From the NCBI RefSeq assembly GCF_006345805.1, contig NC_043000.1, positions 50,530,001 to 50,594,000 of the forward strand: 64,000 bases of DNA, written 5' to 3'. The notes beneath the pieces were generated by a model that was not told the DNA's origin, ran no database searches, and saw only the letters and a program-made list of their open reading frames with translations. Within the stretch, counting starts at the first letter, position 1, and the number at the start of each line of letters is the position of its first letter. A program made the translations under genes and the position numbers. This stretch comes from Octopus sinensis (Eukaryota). Of the stretch, positions 51,161 through 64,000 are shown in pieces.

Positions 51161-51571
51161 AGTGGGAATAAAATACAATACAGCATGACTTGGACAGTAA
51201 TAGAAATGCAAACCTTATAATGCATACTCAAAAGAGTATGACCTCTCCTTGGAAAAGACACTTGAAATGATATTATGTAATAATAAAATAATCAGCAAGC
51301 ACTCGGAGATTATTTTTACGTGCAACCAGAGACTTAAAAGCTCACTTCTAGAATGTAGAAAGAATGTGTAATATTCAATGTTATATCAGTCGTTTATTTA
51401 CTCAAAAAAGTACATATAATTTGGTGATTACATCTACTGGCAAGATTATATTGCTTTTCACCTGAATTTGTGATATTCATAATAGTTTATATCTGTCTAC
51501 AATCATTTAGTTATATCAGTCCATCATTTACTCAAAAATGCTATTATAATGTTTCAGTATCATTACTGGTA

Positions 51572-51983
51572 TACTCTCTTACTTGTTTCAGTCATTTGAC
51601 TGTGGCCATGCTGGAGCACTGCCTTTAGTCGAGCAATTCGACCCCATGACTTATTCTTTGTAAGCCTAGTACTTATTCTATCAGTCTCTTTTGCTGAACT
51701 GCTAAGTTACAGGGATATAAACACACCAGCATCGGTTGTCAAGCGATGTTGGGGGGACAAACACAGACACTCAAACATACACACACACACATATGCATAT
51801 ATATATACATATGTATACGATGAGCTTCTTTCAGTTTCCATCTACCAAATTCCCTCACAAGGCTTCAGTTGGCCCGAGGCTATAGTAGAAGACACTTGCC
51901 CAAGGTGCCACACAGTGGGACTGAACCCGGAACCATGTGGTTGGTAAGCAAGCTACTTACCACATAGCCTCTCCTACACCTAT
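51572..51983 (-). mobile_element. SINE family A, full length
   Basis: Co-linear with 30301-30714, with more CpG decay. Confidence 0.92.
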
Positions 51984-52269
51984 GTTTATATTATCATATT
52001 GTTGTCCACCTAAATTGTATGGTCCCATAGAAACTGATATGCTAGTTAAAATTGTTTAGGTAAAGGGGAAGTGACTATAGAATGGATTGGTTTACCCTGA
52101 CAGAATGTTATAGTTTAAGTGGAAAATGATTGGTAGGGTGACATGGAGAGATGCACTTTCATGAGAGCAAAATAGTGGGTGCCTTTAAATAGATATATGC
52201 AGGTGTATACAGATATAAGTTCATTAGAGTGAAATAAAAGAATATATATGTATTTATAATAGATGTTAA

Positions 52270-52402
52270 ATTTTCTCACTAGGCATGTGTTGACTGGAGG
52301 CTATAGTAGAGGATACTTGTCCAATGTGCCATGCAGTGGGACTGACCTTGAAACTGTGTGGCTGCAAAGTGGACTCTTAACCACACAGCCATGCTTGTGT
52401 CT
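52270..52402 (-). mobile_element. SINE family A 5' fragment
   Basis: ggctatagtagaggatacttgtccaatgtgccatgcagtgggactga..ttaaccacacagccat. Confidence 0.7.
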
Positions 52403-54546
52403 CTAATTTTTTGCACAATGTTTTTGAAGCCTTATTAAATAGATGAAAGAATTTTCAAACAAATTTTATGTAAAATATAAGTTAATTATATGCAATCCAT
52501 AATTTTTCTCTACTGTAAAATCCCTTGTTATAATTAGTTCTTTCAGCCTTATTTGGCTACTTTACTTTTCTACTTATTTCAATATATATCTTGCATAGCA
52601 CATGGTACAATCCAAATAAATATAAAATCTCCTGATATTGCTCTGTCAAGCAACTTATTGCATTATGTAGCCTTAAGAGAACAGTAGTTATAAGATAATC
52701 AATGAGAGCTTCTATGAAGTGCACTGCTGACAAATTTCATCACCTCAGAAGTGATATTTGAAAATATGTTCAGGTTGACATTTTGCTGGAAGTCTATCCT
52801 TATTTACCAAAATCCTTAGCAAATATTGTATAAAGGCTTATTTTTTCTTCTTTTATTGATCTTGCCTAAAGATCAAGAAATCTTTAATATTAGTTATTTA
52901 TTGACTTCCACCACTTCAAATTTATATTATTGCCATACAGGTATTTAAAATTAAAAGTTACATGACATTTTTTAGAATATACTACAAGGGTTAGCTAAAA
53001 TAATTTACAGGCATCTGGTATACAGGAAGATTGCATGCTTTATTAAAGAAATAAAAAACTTACATGATGTACCTTAAAACTTAATTACAGTTTATTTGTA
53101 CATTTATTTCTATTTTAAACATTCTAATGTTATCTGTTATCTGTTTTTATTTAATAAATTAAACAAAATTTTAATGCTGGTTCAAGATTAAGTTACTTTT
53201 GGTAAATGCTTTACTGAGGAGATTTAATAAAACTAAAGCATGTTGGCTGTTTTCACCAGTAGGCTTAAATGCCAGATTATCTTCAGTTGGCATTGTTTAT
53301 ATTATGCAAGTACTTCAATCAACTTGTTATACTGGACATACCTCCCTTGAATTTTGTCTTTTTATTTTACACACACCTCCAGGTATATAGAAATATTTTT
53401 TCAAAACATTTTAATTTCATCAAACCCCACTAAAGTATATGTTACTCACCAAAACTCAGTTTTGATTTAGCCTGTAAACATTGTTTAATTTATTAAATAA
53501 AAAAAAAGGTGACATGTGAAATTAGAATGTTCAAAATAGAAATACATGAACAAAAAAACTTAAATTAATTTTTAAGATTAGTCATGTAAGTCTATTATTA
53601 TTTTAAGAAATAATGCAATCATTTTGTATCCTGTGTGTCTGTAAATTATTTTGCTATATATTTTGCTGATCCTTGTAGTATACTAAAAATTATAACCAAA
53701 GATATCATATAACTCTTAATTTTACATGGATAATTTAATCTGATTCAAATGTTTTACATATCTGAGACTTTGTCATAATTATTTTGTAGTTAAGATGTGG
53801 AAAAATATTTTCTGTAATATATTGCAATTAGATGCCAGCTAACTTATTTTGTTTTTAAAATATAAATTAATATAACTAGTATAGTAATTATCATTCATTA
53901 TAATATCAAGCAATATAATTGGCGTAATTTGCATCATTAGTATAATATTGAGCAGTATAATTACTGTAGCATAATATAATCTGCAAGTTATGTAATAGGT
54001 GCTTTCCATCTTAAGCCTTCTGTATGAATTGAGTGGTTTTTGAAATTTATATGTCCTTATATATTTAAGGAGCAGATGTATTCTTTTGTTGCAAAATTTT
54101 GTTGTTTATCCCCATGTCTGTCCAAATTGGCTCTGTAATTATATTATTCAATCTATCCCTCTTTATCAAAAACTTGCAGTATGGTCAAGTTTCATAAAAT
54201 TACACAAAATAAAATTACCAAAAATAAGCTTTTAGTCTTACATGTTTTTATTTTCTAGCCAAAGATGTTTTTTGCGGGGTGAGGGTGACTACTGTGCTAA
54301 TTTATGTCATTATTCTTAGGTATTTTTCAAATCCTTGATTTTTTAGTGTCTATTGCAGGTTTTATGAGTCTACAATATTCTTAGCTTTTTTAAGAGGTGA
54401 AAGGAAGAAATTTTGCAAAAAATTATATATTCTATTACTTTCTCTTTGAAGAAAATGTACTTGTTTGCAAAATTTCATTCATATATGTATATTCCAAGTC
54501 AGCAACTTGGAATATACATATATACTTTTACTTTTCTATATTGCTA

Positions 54547-54740
54547 AAAGCAGTGATCTGGCAGAATTATTAGTATGTTAGACAAACTGCTTAGCAGCAT
54601 TTCATATGTCTGTTTGCTCTGAGTTCAAAATCCTTTGGGAATTGATGAATTAAGTATCAGATGAACACTGGAGCCAATGTAGTTGATTAGTCTCCTCCTT
54701 CAATATTTCATGCTTTGTACCTATAGTAGAAAGGATATAA
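54547..54740 (+). mobile_element. SINE family B, diverged and deleted
   Basis: aaagcagtgatctggcagaa..gagttcaaa..gaattaagtatcag..acactggagccaatgtagttgat. Confidence 0.6.
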
Positions 54741-55279
54741 AAAATATCGTAGGCTAAAATTTGAAGGTGGTTTGGTTGTTATATATAGCAGGTTAAATGG
54801 GAGGAATCCATGGTAACTGGAACATGTGCTTTTTAGCTTAGGAATTGGTGATACATGTTAGTAGATGTTTTCTTAAGAGGCACAACCTAGTTGTAGTGGA
54901 AACCGAATGCTTCTCTTTTCCCATGGTCTGTTCTGAATTTTGACAGGAATTTTAGGCTATTATAGCTCATGGTCATGCCAGATGAAGGAATATTTCACAG
55001 AGAAGGGAACTGACTTGGACATTGCTCAGAGTTGCCAAGGATGACTTGAGAAGATATCAACAAAAGGTGACTTGTAGAATAGTACTGTAAATGTGTCAGT
55101 TTACTCTTTCCTCCTCTGTTAAAGCTTTATTAAAAAGGAAAAAAAACCATAAGTGCATAACTCTGGTTTCATGACAAGGAAGTAGATGACTAACAAATTC
55201 TTTCTTTGATAAAGCTACCAGCCTCTCAAAGATAAAATTTGTAGTTATTTGTGTAAAATGAATAACATAAAATATAGTA

Positions 55280-55610
55280 GGAGAGTATTGTAGTTTGCTT
55301 GAAGCATTGTGTATTGTTTGTAACAAATAAAAAGTTTCCAATGGTACAACAATGCACTATAATATAGACAATGGGCTATATACCTGTTGTAATTTTGTCA
55401 TCCATGCCTGATATGATATTTCGAAATAATATTCCTTCTTCAGATATTCTTAGATGGAGTCGCTGCTATAATCGTTTTTTTTCAGCAACATAAGTAAACT
55501 CCAGCAATAGATTTGAACTCATGTTCCATGAGAAAATACCTCATCCACTTAGGATAAGGTTGTAAGCTTTAGAAATTCCTTTATCTTGTTCAGCCATTTC
55601 CCTTGTAATG
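55280..55610 (-). mobile_element. Possible Gypsy-type pol fossil (region entering the integrase zinc-binding domain)
   Basis: REMAEQDKGISKAYNLILSG..LRISEEGILFR..IVVPLETFYLLQTIHN resembles QxxD...G..L..xGxLxR..IVVP...L..LH. Confidence 0.4.
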
Positions 55611-56469
55611 ATAGCTCATTGCTGTCATTTAAAATCACAGTATTCCCTGATGGTGGAAAACTTAAATGCATACTGCATTGAATAAACTTAATTGAAATGG
55701 ATTCTGAACTCTGAATTCTAAATGTTCATATATTTTCACCAGTAAGAACTTTTCAAAGAATAAAGTATATCTACTGCTCTTCACTGTAGCAATTGTATAT
55801 TTCTTATTTCTAATGGTACATTTCTTTTGTACTAAATATAACCTTATCCCTTTGCGTTTCCATTGATGACGAAAATATTGAAAGACTCTATGAGAAAATA
55901 TTTTACACTTTAACTTTGATTAAATTGATCATATTTTTCCAGAGTTATTTGAATTAAATTCTTAGCTATTTTCAGATTGTATTTCGTTTCTTCTTTTCCT
56001 TTCAGTATGTGTTAATACTCTAAATTTTGCTTTCTCTGGGTAAATTTGAAATACTCGAATATTTATTAAGCATATATATGTATGTTTGTGCATATTTTCT
56101 AAAATTTATAAATCTACTGGATCTCTATATTAAATTAGGGCCAACATATAAGCCAACTTATAATAAGTTTTCCTGACTTTGTTAGGCTGTTGGGAAATAG
56201 TTCAAAAACAGTGTATTTTCAGACATATTTCAATACTGAAAAGATTTCATTATTATAGGTATACTTTGGATTTTATGGAATTTATATTTTCTTTTATGTA
56301 TTAGAATACTTTTTAAAGCAACATATTAAAAATGATTTTTGGTTTCCATTTCATTACAATGTCATTTTGCTATTAGGCACATATATGTGTGTGCATCTGT
56401 ACATGCATGCATGCACATGTGTATGCATGTACATGTGAGTGTGTGTGTGTGTGCACATGCATTCTTTCA

Positions 56470-57125
56470 CATATCTTTTTTCAATTACTCCTTCTGGAGT
56501 TTGTGCATACCATTCTTTGCTTCATCCAATCCATACTTTCCACAGAGCTCCCAATGAATCCTTCTTATAGTGTTTTGTCTTCTTTGGTATTCTTTTAGAA
56601 CCAGCTTCGTAAACCCATACACACTATGCTATGCAGCCTCACTTTTATCACAGTACAATCTCTTCTTGTCACTCTCAACTGTATTTTCAATCCTGTATGT
56701 GGTGTGATTTGTCCTAAGTGCTTGTTCCTGCACAGCACAGATAAGCACTTCTATCTGTGGCTTCAAGTCACTATTCTTTAGCCAGCACTACATTCTGTTG
56801 GCATCAATATTCTTTCTCAACTCTTTTGCAAAGTACCCATTCATCTTTTTTCCATTCCATTTTCTTTCATCTTCATTACTTTTATTTTCCTTTGTACCTG
56901 TCTCTGTCTGTGCAAGTATCTGTCCTGACTCTACCAACAAACATTTTCAACTGAATCAGCAAAGGTTCTCTGGCACACTTGTAATACCATTTTAAGCTAT
57001 TTTCTTCTGATCATATACAACTTTAGTTGTTGATTATCTCCCACCCATCTTCCTTCAACCTGTGACACCCTCTGTGTATCATTAAATCAATACTGAGAGA
57101 GTGTCTGTGCCAGCTTGGATGTACT
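56470..57125 (-). mobile_element. R4/Dong-like non-LTR retrotransposon fragment (post-RT, zinc-knuckle region)
   Basis: WNGKKMNGYF..D, WLKNSDLKPQIEVLICAVQEQALRTN and KEYQRRQN..RIHWELCGKYG match WxxKxMHGQF, WL..GDLKxETEALIxAAQEQALRTN and KEYKRRHD..HWxLC. Confidence 0.8.
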
Positions 57126-60100
57126 TACATAACTAAAACAATTAGTGAAACAATTAGTAAAAAAACTAGTTAGAAATGATTAAAACTTTCTCAAGACAAA
57201 ACTAAATGAAGAGCAGAGGTTATTAAACAAGTTCATCTTACCTATGCCAAAAAAGAAAACTTAACTATTTTGTTCAGCATAAATTTCAAAACTTTTTGCA
57301 AATCACCAGATGCTAAAACAAACAATCAATTCTCATATATCGAATAAAATAAATGGTGTAATTTTTGAAATGTCAAAAATATTTCTTCTTCCTTTCTTGA
57401 GCACATTCAATTGTTTATAGATGGTGTTGATATATAAACTATTTTTTATTGAATAAATATTTTATCACAGTCCTTTATAGGTACTTAAATATGATAAAGT
57501 TTTAGTGAATATTTACAAAATGAAAGGAAGTAAACAAATTTTTTTTTCTTAAATATCTCAGTTCCTGTAGCATTCTTGTAACAAATATATGCCAAAAAAA
57601 AAAACAAGTTTTTCTATTTCCTTCTTGGCATCAAATAAAGATGTTTCACCTTACATTGTAAACCAGTTGGAAATCTTATTCCCTTTCGAGAAATTTTATC
57701 CCTTCCTTTGCTTTCATTTGCTCACTATCTTTGTTACTCTTTCTCTGTCTTCTTTTCTAACTATTTCTCTATCACATCTTTTCTCTTTAGATTTCCTTCC
57801 CATACCAGCTTGCTCTTTTCATATATCTCAAAGTTAAGCATCTAGTAATTTGAACAAATTAAGACTCATCTATCATAATTTATAAGGACAAGTGATGCAC
57901 ATTTTGGTGTCTTAAAGATTAAACTTGTAAAAATGTTTGTCAATGTTTTGCTTTAAAAGCTGAAATAATTGGCATTTGTTTACGTACTTTGATGTTTGTA
58001 GATCTTAAGATAGATTTTGTAAATATAATGAGTATATTTCTCTTACTTACAAATAATTGTTATGATTAAATATTTATTACGTATAAATATATTATTTATA
58101 ATAATTACAATCAGTGTGAAAATGATCCATATGAGTAAAAGTATATGTTAGTTTTATATAACCCTTGGTCTGCTCAGCTTGATCAGAAGCATTCCATATA
58201 TATATATAAAGAGATCTAATGGAAAAAGGGTGTGTGTGAGAGAGAGAGAGAGGGAGGGAGAGAGAGATGGAGAGAACTTCATATAGATCAATGTAACTGA
58301 ATTTTGTTTTTAATAATTAATGTCTTGTTAATAATATAAGGAATAAAAGAGTATTAATAAATGTATTAGAAAATTGTATTAGAAGGGAGGCAAATTTAAT
58401 TCTTGCAGATAAGTTTTCTTCAATTCCTTTTTTTTCTTCTTTTTCTTATTTGTCTGTCTGTGAAAGAAGGTTACAAAGGGAATTGATTTTTAACCTTTTC
58501 TTAAGCCTCAATTTGGAGGATATAACCCAGGGAATAATGGTAAAAAACTTAAACAAGGAGGTAATTCCAGAGAAGTGCAACCTTAGGAAGAAAAAAAATC
58601 TGAAGTGTGTTTGAGGGTAAAAGAAATACTTGCAGACTTTCTCTAAGAAAATATTCAAGACTTGTCCTCAGTGGGAATTTTATTGATAATTTTCAAAATT
58701 TATTATAAGTATAAAGAGTTATAAAAACCTAGTAAATATATATATATATAACATACTACAAAAATCTACCAATATGTATCAATCAAACTGTAACTGAAAC
58801 CAAGTTATAAAATACTAAATGCTGAAGACAAATTTTGCATGAAAATTGTATGTAAAGTTCTTCATTTCAACTATATATAGATACTCATAGCATTATAAGC
58901 ACTGAATTTCAATTTATCACACCTATTCAGGAAATATATCTAATATATTCTTTCTATTAACTGAAAATCATGACAACAAACTGAAGGTTTATGAAGGTGC
59001 GTCTAAGAGATAATCTATTGATAATGTAATTGATATTAATTATGGTACAAGATTTTAATATCAGAGATTATCCCAATCTCATTGCATATGTGTTTAAATT
59101 TATTATTAAATATACATAGCAATACATTAATTATTTATTAATTCTTATGCAATGACCACCAATGTTCTTTCAGTTTTATTGAAGTGTTATTTATAAATTT
59201 TGATTTGTAGCCAACCAGCCTCTACATTTACAGTGGAATAATGACTGTTGAGACATAGTGGCTCTAAATTTAAGGTGTTGAATTGAGTGATAGGTCATGA
59301 ATTCAAACATTGCTTCAGAGATTGTATTTGCTTCTGCACAAAGGCAACTTATTTCATTAAAACTAGTTTGCCTCACGTCACTTCCATTACATTTTGTTTT
59401 TTTTAAGTATGTAAATTTGTATTCATGTAGATCGGGGAAAATAGCAAAATATCTCTTACATATATTTCTAAAAAGATTCTCATTATATTTTTCAAAGGTT
59501 CTCCTGACTTAATAACCATTATTTTTAGTTAGAGGTCAAATGACAAATTTAATTTCTTTGGTCTTGGCATTAGAAATGTTTTATGTGATTTTTCAAATAT
59601 TTTGAAGGATTGTTTTCTAAACTTTATTTTTGTCTATAATGTTCTTGTGGCCATTTTGTCTAGGTTAACATCAGAATATTTTGATTGGTTATTATTCATC
59701 ACTTGGTAATGCAATTTGTATGAGGATGTGGGTGTGTATACATGACAATAATTGCTATTCATTTTATATGAACCCCATAAACCCAGACAAAATGACTACA
59801 TTAACATTACCCACTTTATTATATTGAATGAAAAACAAATAAAACAAGCAAGATTTATATGAAATATGTGTGGAATAAATACAAAGACTTCAATAGCTAA
59901 GTTTTCATTTCAACACAGATGCTATCGTATTGCCTCCATCATTATTGATAGATTTTTATGTAATGCATTCACATATGCATGTATCTGTATTTGTGGAATA
60001 AGTGGACAGTTCACTTATACTTTGATATAAAATCACTGCCCCTTTGTAAATTGAGAGATTTCTATAATTTATTGAATTTGTAGTTAAACAAGTTGTTTCA

Positions 60101-60652
60101 CATGGATTAAATTTATGATATTTCAAATCTCTTGTTGCTATATGTTATAAAGAAGTGATAATCTATTAACTAATAATTATAGTTTTATATTATTATGAAG
60201 ATTAGTATATATAAATATTTTTATTTATATTCATTTTAATATTTTAACAAAAAGCAATAGAATAATTTACAGAGTGTGTATGTTAATTGAGCTTAATATA
60301 ATATTAAGACAATAAAACAGCACCCATTTATTTTAAATCTTATTTGTTTTGTTTTAGATTATTAATTGATTGTTTATAAATAAACAGCAATTTAATATTG
60401 GAAGGAAAATCTCTGAAAACTGCACATCCTGTGCAGAATGAAGTATGTATGTGTTATTAATTATCAAAATTCACTATCTATTTTTATGTTTAACCAAGAA
60501 ACGGTAATAGATTTTAAATAAGTTTGCAAGGCTCAGTAATATTTTATTTTTTACTTCCCCCAAGATCTCTATTTTATTTCTGCAATATATTTAATTAATT
60601 TCCTAAACAAAGGTTGTCATAAAATGAAAAACATATATGCATACAAGGTTAC

Positions 60653-60947
60653 ATCATCACCATCATTACGTGACCGACCAGTCCATCAGATGTAGTTACA
60701 CATCGCTGGTCACAATGCGTTCGCATTGTTTTAGCCTTCGAATGACGCCACCCCGCTGGCTAAGCGAGCAGGCCAACAGAAGAAAGAGTGGTGAAAGAGT
60801 ACAGTAGGGATCACCACCCCCTGCCAGAGCCTCGTGGAGCTTTTAGGTGTTTTCGCTCAATAAACTCACAACGCCCGGTCTGGGAATCGAAACCACGATC
60901 CTACGATCGCGAGTCCGCTGCCCTAACCACTAGGTCATTGCGCCTCC
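60653..60947 (-). mobile_element. SINE family D, full length, young, with 10-bp TSD
   Basis: ACAAGGTTAC at 60643-52 and 60948-57; A box TGACCTAGTGG, B box GTTTCGATTC; CpG-rich; (GAT)-type tail. Confidence 0.93.
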
Positions 60948-62498
60948 ACAAGGTTACTTAAGAAATCTAATTGTACAAAAAGTTATTGCTAGGCTTAGGT
61001 GACAGTTCAAAATTGTGATTTTTCTCCTATACATTTGCATCTTTCTCCTCTCATTCTTAATTGTTATTTCATCCCTCCTCCATCACCATGAATTCAAACA
61101 TAGATTATGGAAATGGTTATATGTAATCTTTTTTTTTAAATTTAAATTCCATTGCATCTCCTTTACTTTAGTTATTGTAGTTTTACTATTGAGATGAATC
61201 AAGCTGAGATTTAATTTTCTGTATCATGCACCAATGTTCTCTTACTCCAAAGTCCTTTAATGAGAACAATGTTGTTACGTTTGACACAGAAAAATGCTTT
61301 TAGTTTTGTTGGGCACAAAAACTGACAGACCAACTAAGAAACCTCGACATAGCTTCCCAGCAGTCAAGTCTCTTGACAATTATTCCCTACCATCTTTTAT
61401 AATAGAAGAATACATTACATAATAAATCTCTGAACGAGGTATAAGCTACAGAAGCATGCGCCCTTAGTGGTTAGCCACATTTAAGTGGCAAATATACTTC
61501 ACGAATACATTAGATAATATTCACGAAAAGGATTAATCCATTGATATACTCAATAAAGACTGACTTGGGGTTAAACAGCTTCATTTCAAAGTTGCTCATA
61601 TGTGGGCAATATCTCTTTCTCTCTCTCTCTTCTCTTTTAACCCATTTTATGGATTCTTATTGTTACTTTATAACTGCCTATACTCAAATGCAGATAATCT
61701 CACCCATTTCCCACATTGGCATAATTTAGATATAAATCTAGACTTCTAACATCAGCATTGCAGTGCCACCCAACAAACTTTCATATTTAATATTTAATGT
61801 TTTCTCTCTAGAATGCCTTCTCATTCCATCTTCCCATGCAAGGCTCAACCTATATCTTTTTTGTACTGATTGTATCTATTTAAGAGGAAAGCAAAGGTCA
61901 TGAGTATTATGTCTCCCCTTTCAACTAAATATGAACAAATTTAGCTTGATGAAAGCTGGAATAAAGGGGAAGTAATTTTTTAACACTGTTCAAGCAAAAA
62001 TATAGTCAATATCAAACATTAAAAGGTATTTTGGTCGACTATTAATACTGACAGCTGTAACAATATAATAATCTTTCAAAGCAAAGGCTGTAAGTGTTGG
62101 CAGCACATTTATTTTCATTTTATAAACTAAGTTTTTGATGTCACCAGAATTCTCATGAAAAATTCATCAAAAGTGCATATGAAAGCTTTTTGAAACATGC
62201 TTATTTCAGTTTATCAATAAACAACTGTATAAATGCAATAGAAAAGTCTATAAGACTATAAGACTGACCAAACCTTCAGATACACTAATTGCACTAGTAT
62301 TGTTGTTGTTATTTAGTGTCATGCTATCCCTGATTAAGTATGCCTATAAACAACAACATTTCCAGTTTGCAACAATCAAGTCTTTTAGTTTCACTGATAA
62401 TGTACATACAACTATATTATATGTCTATGTCTTACCTTTCTTTAAAAGGTAGTGTATAATTTAAGAGAGGTCTGATTGCTCATTGTAGCAGATCAACC

Positions 62499-62501
<3 letters not shown>

Positions 62502-62542
<41 letters not shown>

Positions 62543-62548
62543 TATATG
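62502..62548. repeat. (AT)n microsatellite
   Basis: Directly visible. Confidence 0.95.
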
Positions 62549-62769
62549 TGCAGGTTATTTTGTTGGCTCAATGCACAAGAGAAGTTGTTAGCTATGAAAT
62601 AATTCTAATGACTGAAGGGACACATCACTGCAAGTTGTACATCATTTCATCTATTTAGGCAATATAATTAGTTCTGCAGGTGGCTTTATAATATCTTGTA
62701 AATAGGATTAAAATATGATGGATAAAATTTGGGAAACTGGTACCTCTGTTGAGTTTCTCTCCCTTTGTG

Positions 62770-62990
62770 GAAAGCATATTTTATGAGGCATACAAGTATG
62801 ATGCTGTATGGCAGTAAATTATGAACAATGAATGCAGATAGGGAGTTATAATCTTTGATATACAACATTAATCTAAGAGAAAGCCTGAAAACAATGAGAT
62901 AAGAAAGCAGCTGGATCAAAAGCATTGACTGATGTGTGCTAGAAGGATGGTTACATCTTCATAGATATATTATACAACTAGATGATCCAT
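62770..62990 (+). mobile_element. Probable RTE LINE 3' remnant
   Basis: MMLYGSKL*TMNAD (cf. MLYGSETW) and EIRKQL. Confidence 0.45.
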
Positions 62991-64000
62991 GCTGAGAAAG
63001 TAATATAGAATCATTAAATATAGAAATGCAGTAGAGAACATTCACCTAATACTTGCTTGCTGTAAGCATTAAATTTTGGTAACGGAATAAGTTAAATTCA
63101 AAATCAAACATTTCGTAAGTGATTACAAACCTCAAATTCCAATTGAGTACTTTTACTCATGATAGAAAATGCAATCATATGAATTCCAGCACTGTTATTA
63201 CAATTTGATTGCACAAAGAGATTTGTCCCTCCATTTTTCTATATATTACTCAGTCTACTTTATGAAACACAGATGCACTGTTATTAGCTTATATCTGCTG
63301 ATAATCTTCGGGATTAAAGAATCAAGGATCAGTTATCAAAATCATGCTTTTAGTGTATTTAGTTCTTCCATGATGAAGAACATATAATATACATCCACAA
63401 TAATTAATTCTTGGAAAACAGTCTATCAATAAAAGGCAATGTCCACATTCTCAACTTTCCAAATATGCAAATAATCTGCATTATATAATCTGTCATTGTA
63501 CAAAAATTTGACTGGTTTCCTGCTTGAATACAAACATTTAGTAAAAAAAAAATCATTAATCTATCTTATTATTATTACTGAAATAGATTTATTCTCTGTT
63601 ATTGTTTTCGATTAGCCTAAATAATTCATTGTTGTTGCTAGCAGCCAGTATTTATTTAATAAAAAGTGCAAAACCGTTTATTATAAAACTTTTATCTCGA
63701 GAAACAACAACATTTAAGTGTCAGGATAAAGTCTGGAAATAGTTTTCAGAGTGTATCAATCTGAACTTTAATGACAATTATCTCTGACAAGGGAAAAAAA
63801 CTGCTGAAGATAAAGTCAATTGGATCTCTTCTAATCTTCAAAACAAAAGGTTTTTCATTAGTATTTTCCTGCCATACTTTTACAATGAGATAAAAAACAA
63901 AAGTTAAATAATATACCTAAATGTGAACATTATTAAATTACTTATTTTCTTTTTTTGTTACACACAAAAATAATATAAAGTAATATTGACCTATAAGTAG

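Noticed and set aside
50908-51220. Stacked ORFs rich in YI/CV (also at 4.2, 16.1, 30.1, 45.8, 46.5 and 62.5 kb)
   Set aside because: Translations of (AT)n/(GT)n microsatellites.
49949-56039. Candidate plus-strand exons 49949-49996 (GTIILKNPTVDDCKL) and 56006-56039 (CVNTLNFAFS)
   Set aside because: Splice signals are plausible, but phases do not chain and the peptides are unrecognised.
1-64000. Minus-strand excess of long retroelement fragments as evidence for a plus-strand host gene
   Set aside because: Several RTE remnants and SINEs are on the plus strand; the counts are too small to support the inference.

Overview
Very AT-rich (roughly 30% GC by eye), repeat-dense eukaryotic DNA. The SINE families and long (AT)n microsatellites match what I recognise as octopod cephalopod (Octopus-like) genome; this is recognition, not a database result. 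I found no host protein-coding exon, tRNA, rRNA or CRISPR array that I can support, so the window reads as a very large intron or intergenic tract. Most listed ORFs are microsatellite or antisense artefacts. Identifiable content: about 25 SINE copies from five families (my labels A-E), RTE LINE remnants, two R4/Dong-like and one Hero-like non-LTR fragments, a Penelope GIY-YIG fragment, a Penelope-type terminal repeat with a decayed minimal hammerhead ribozyme, hAT and piggyBac MITEs, an internally deleted maT/DD37D-like mariner, a piggyBac transposase fossil, and several recent local duplications. The most interesting signals are RNA-structural and modular: the hammerhead, a 3' hairpin with compensatory changes shared by different SINE bodies, and a tail-swapped chimeric SINE.
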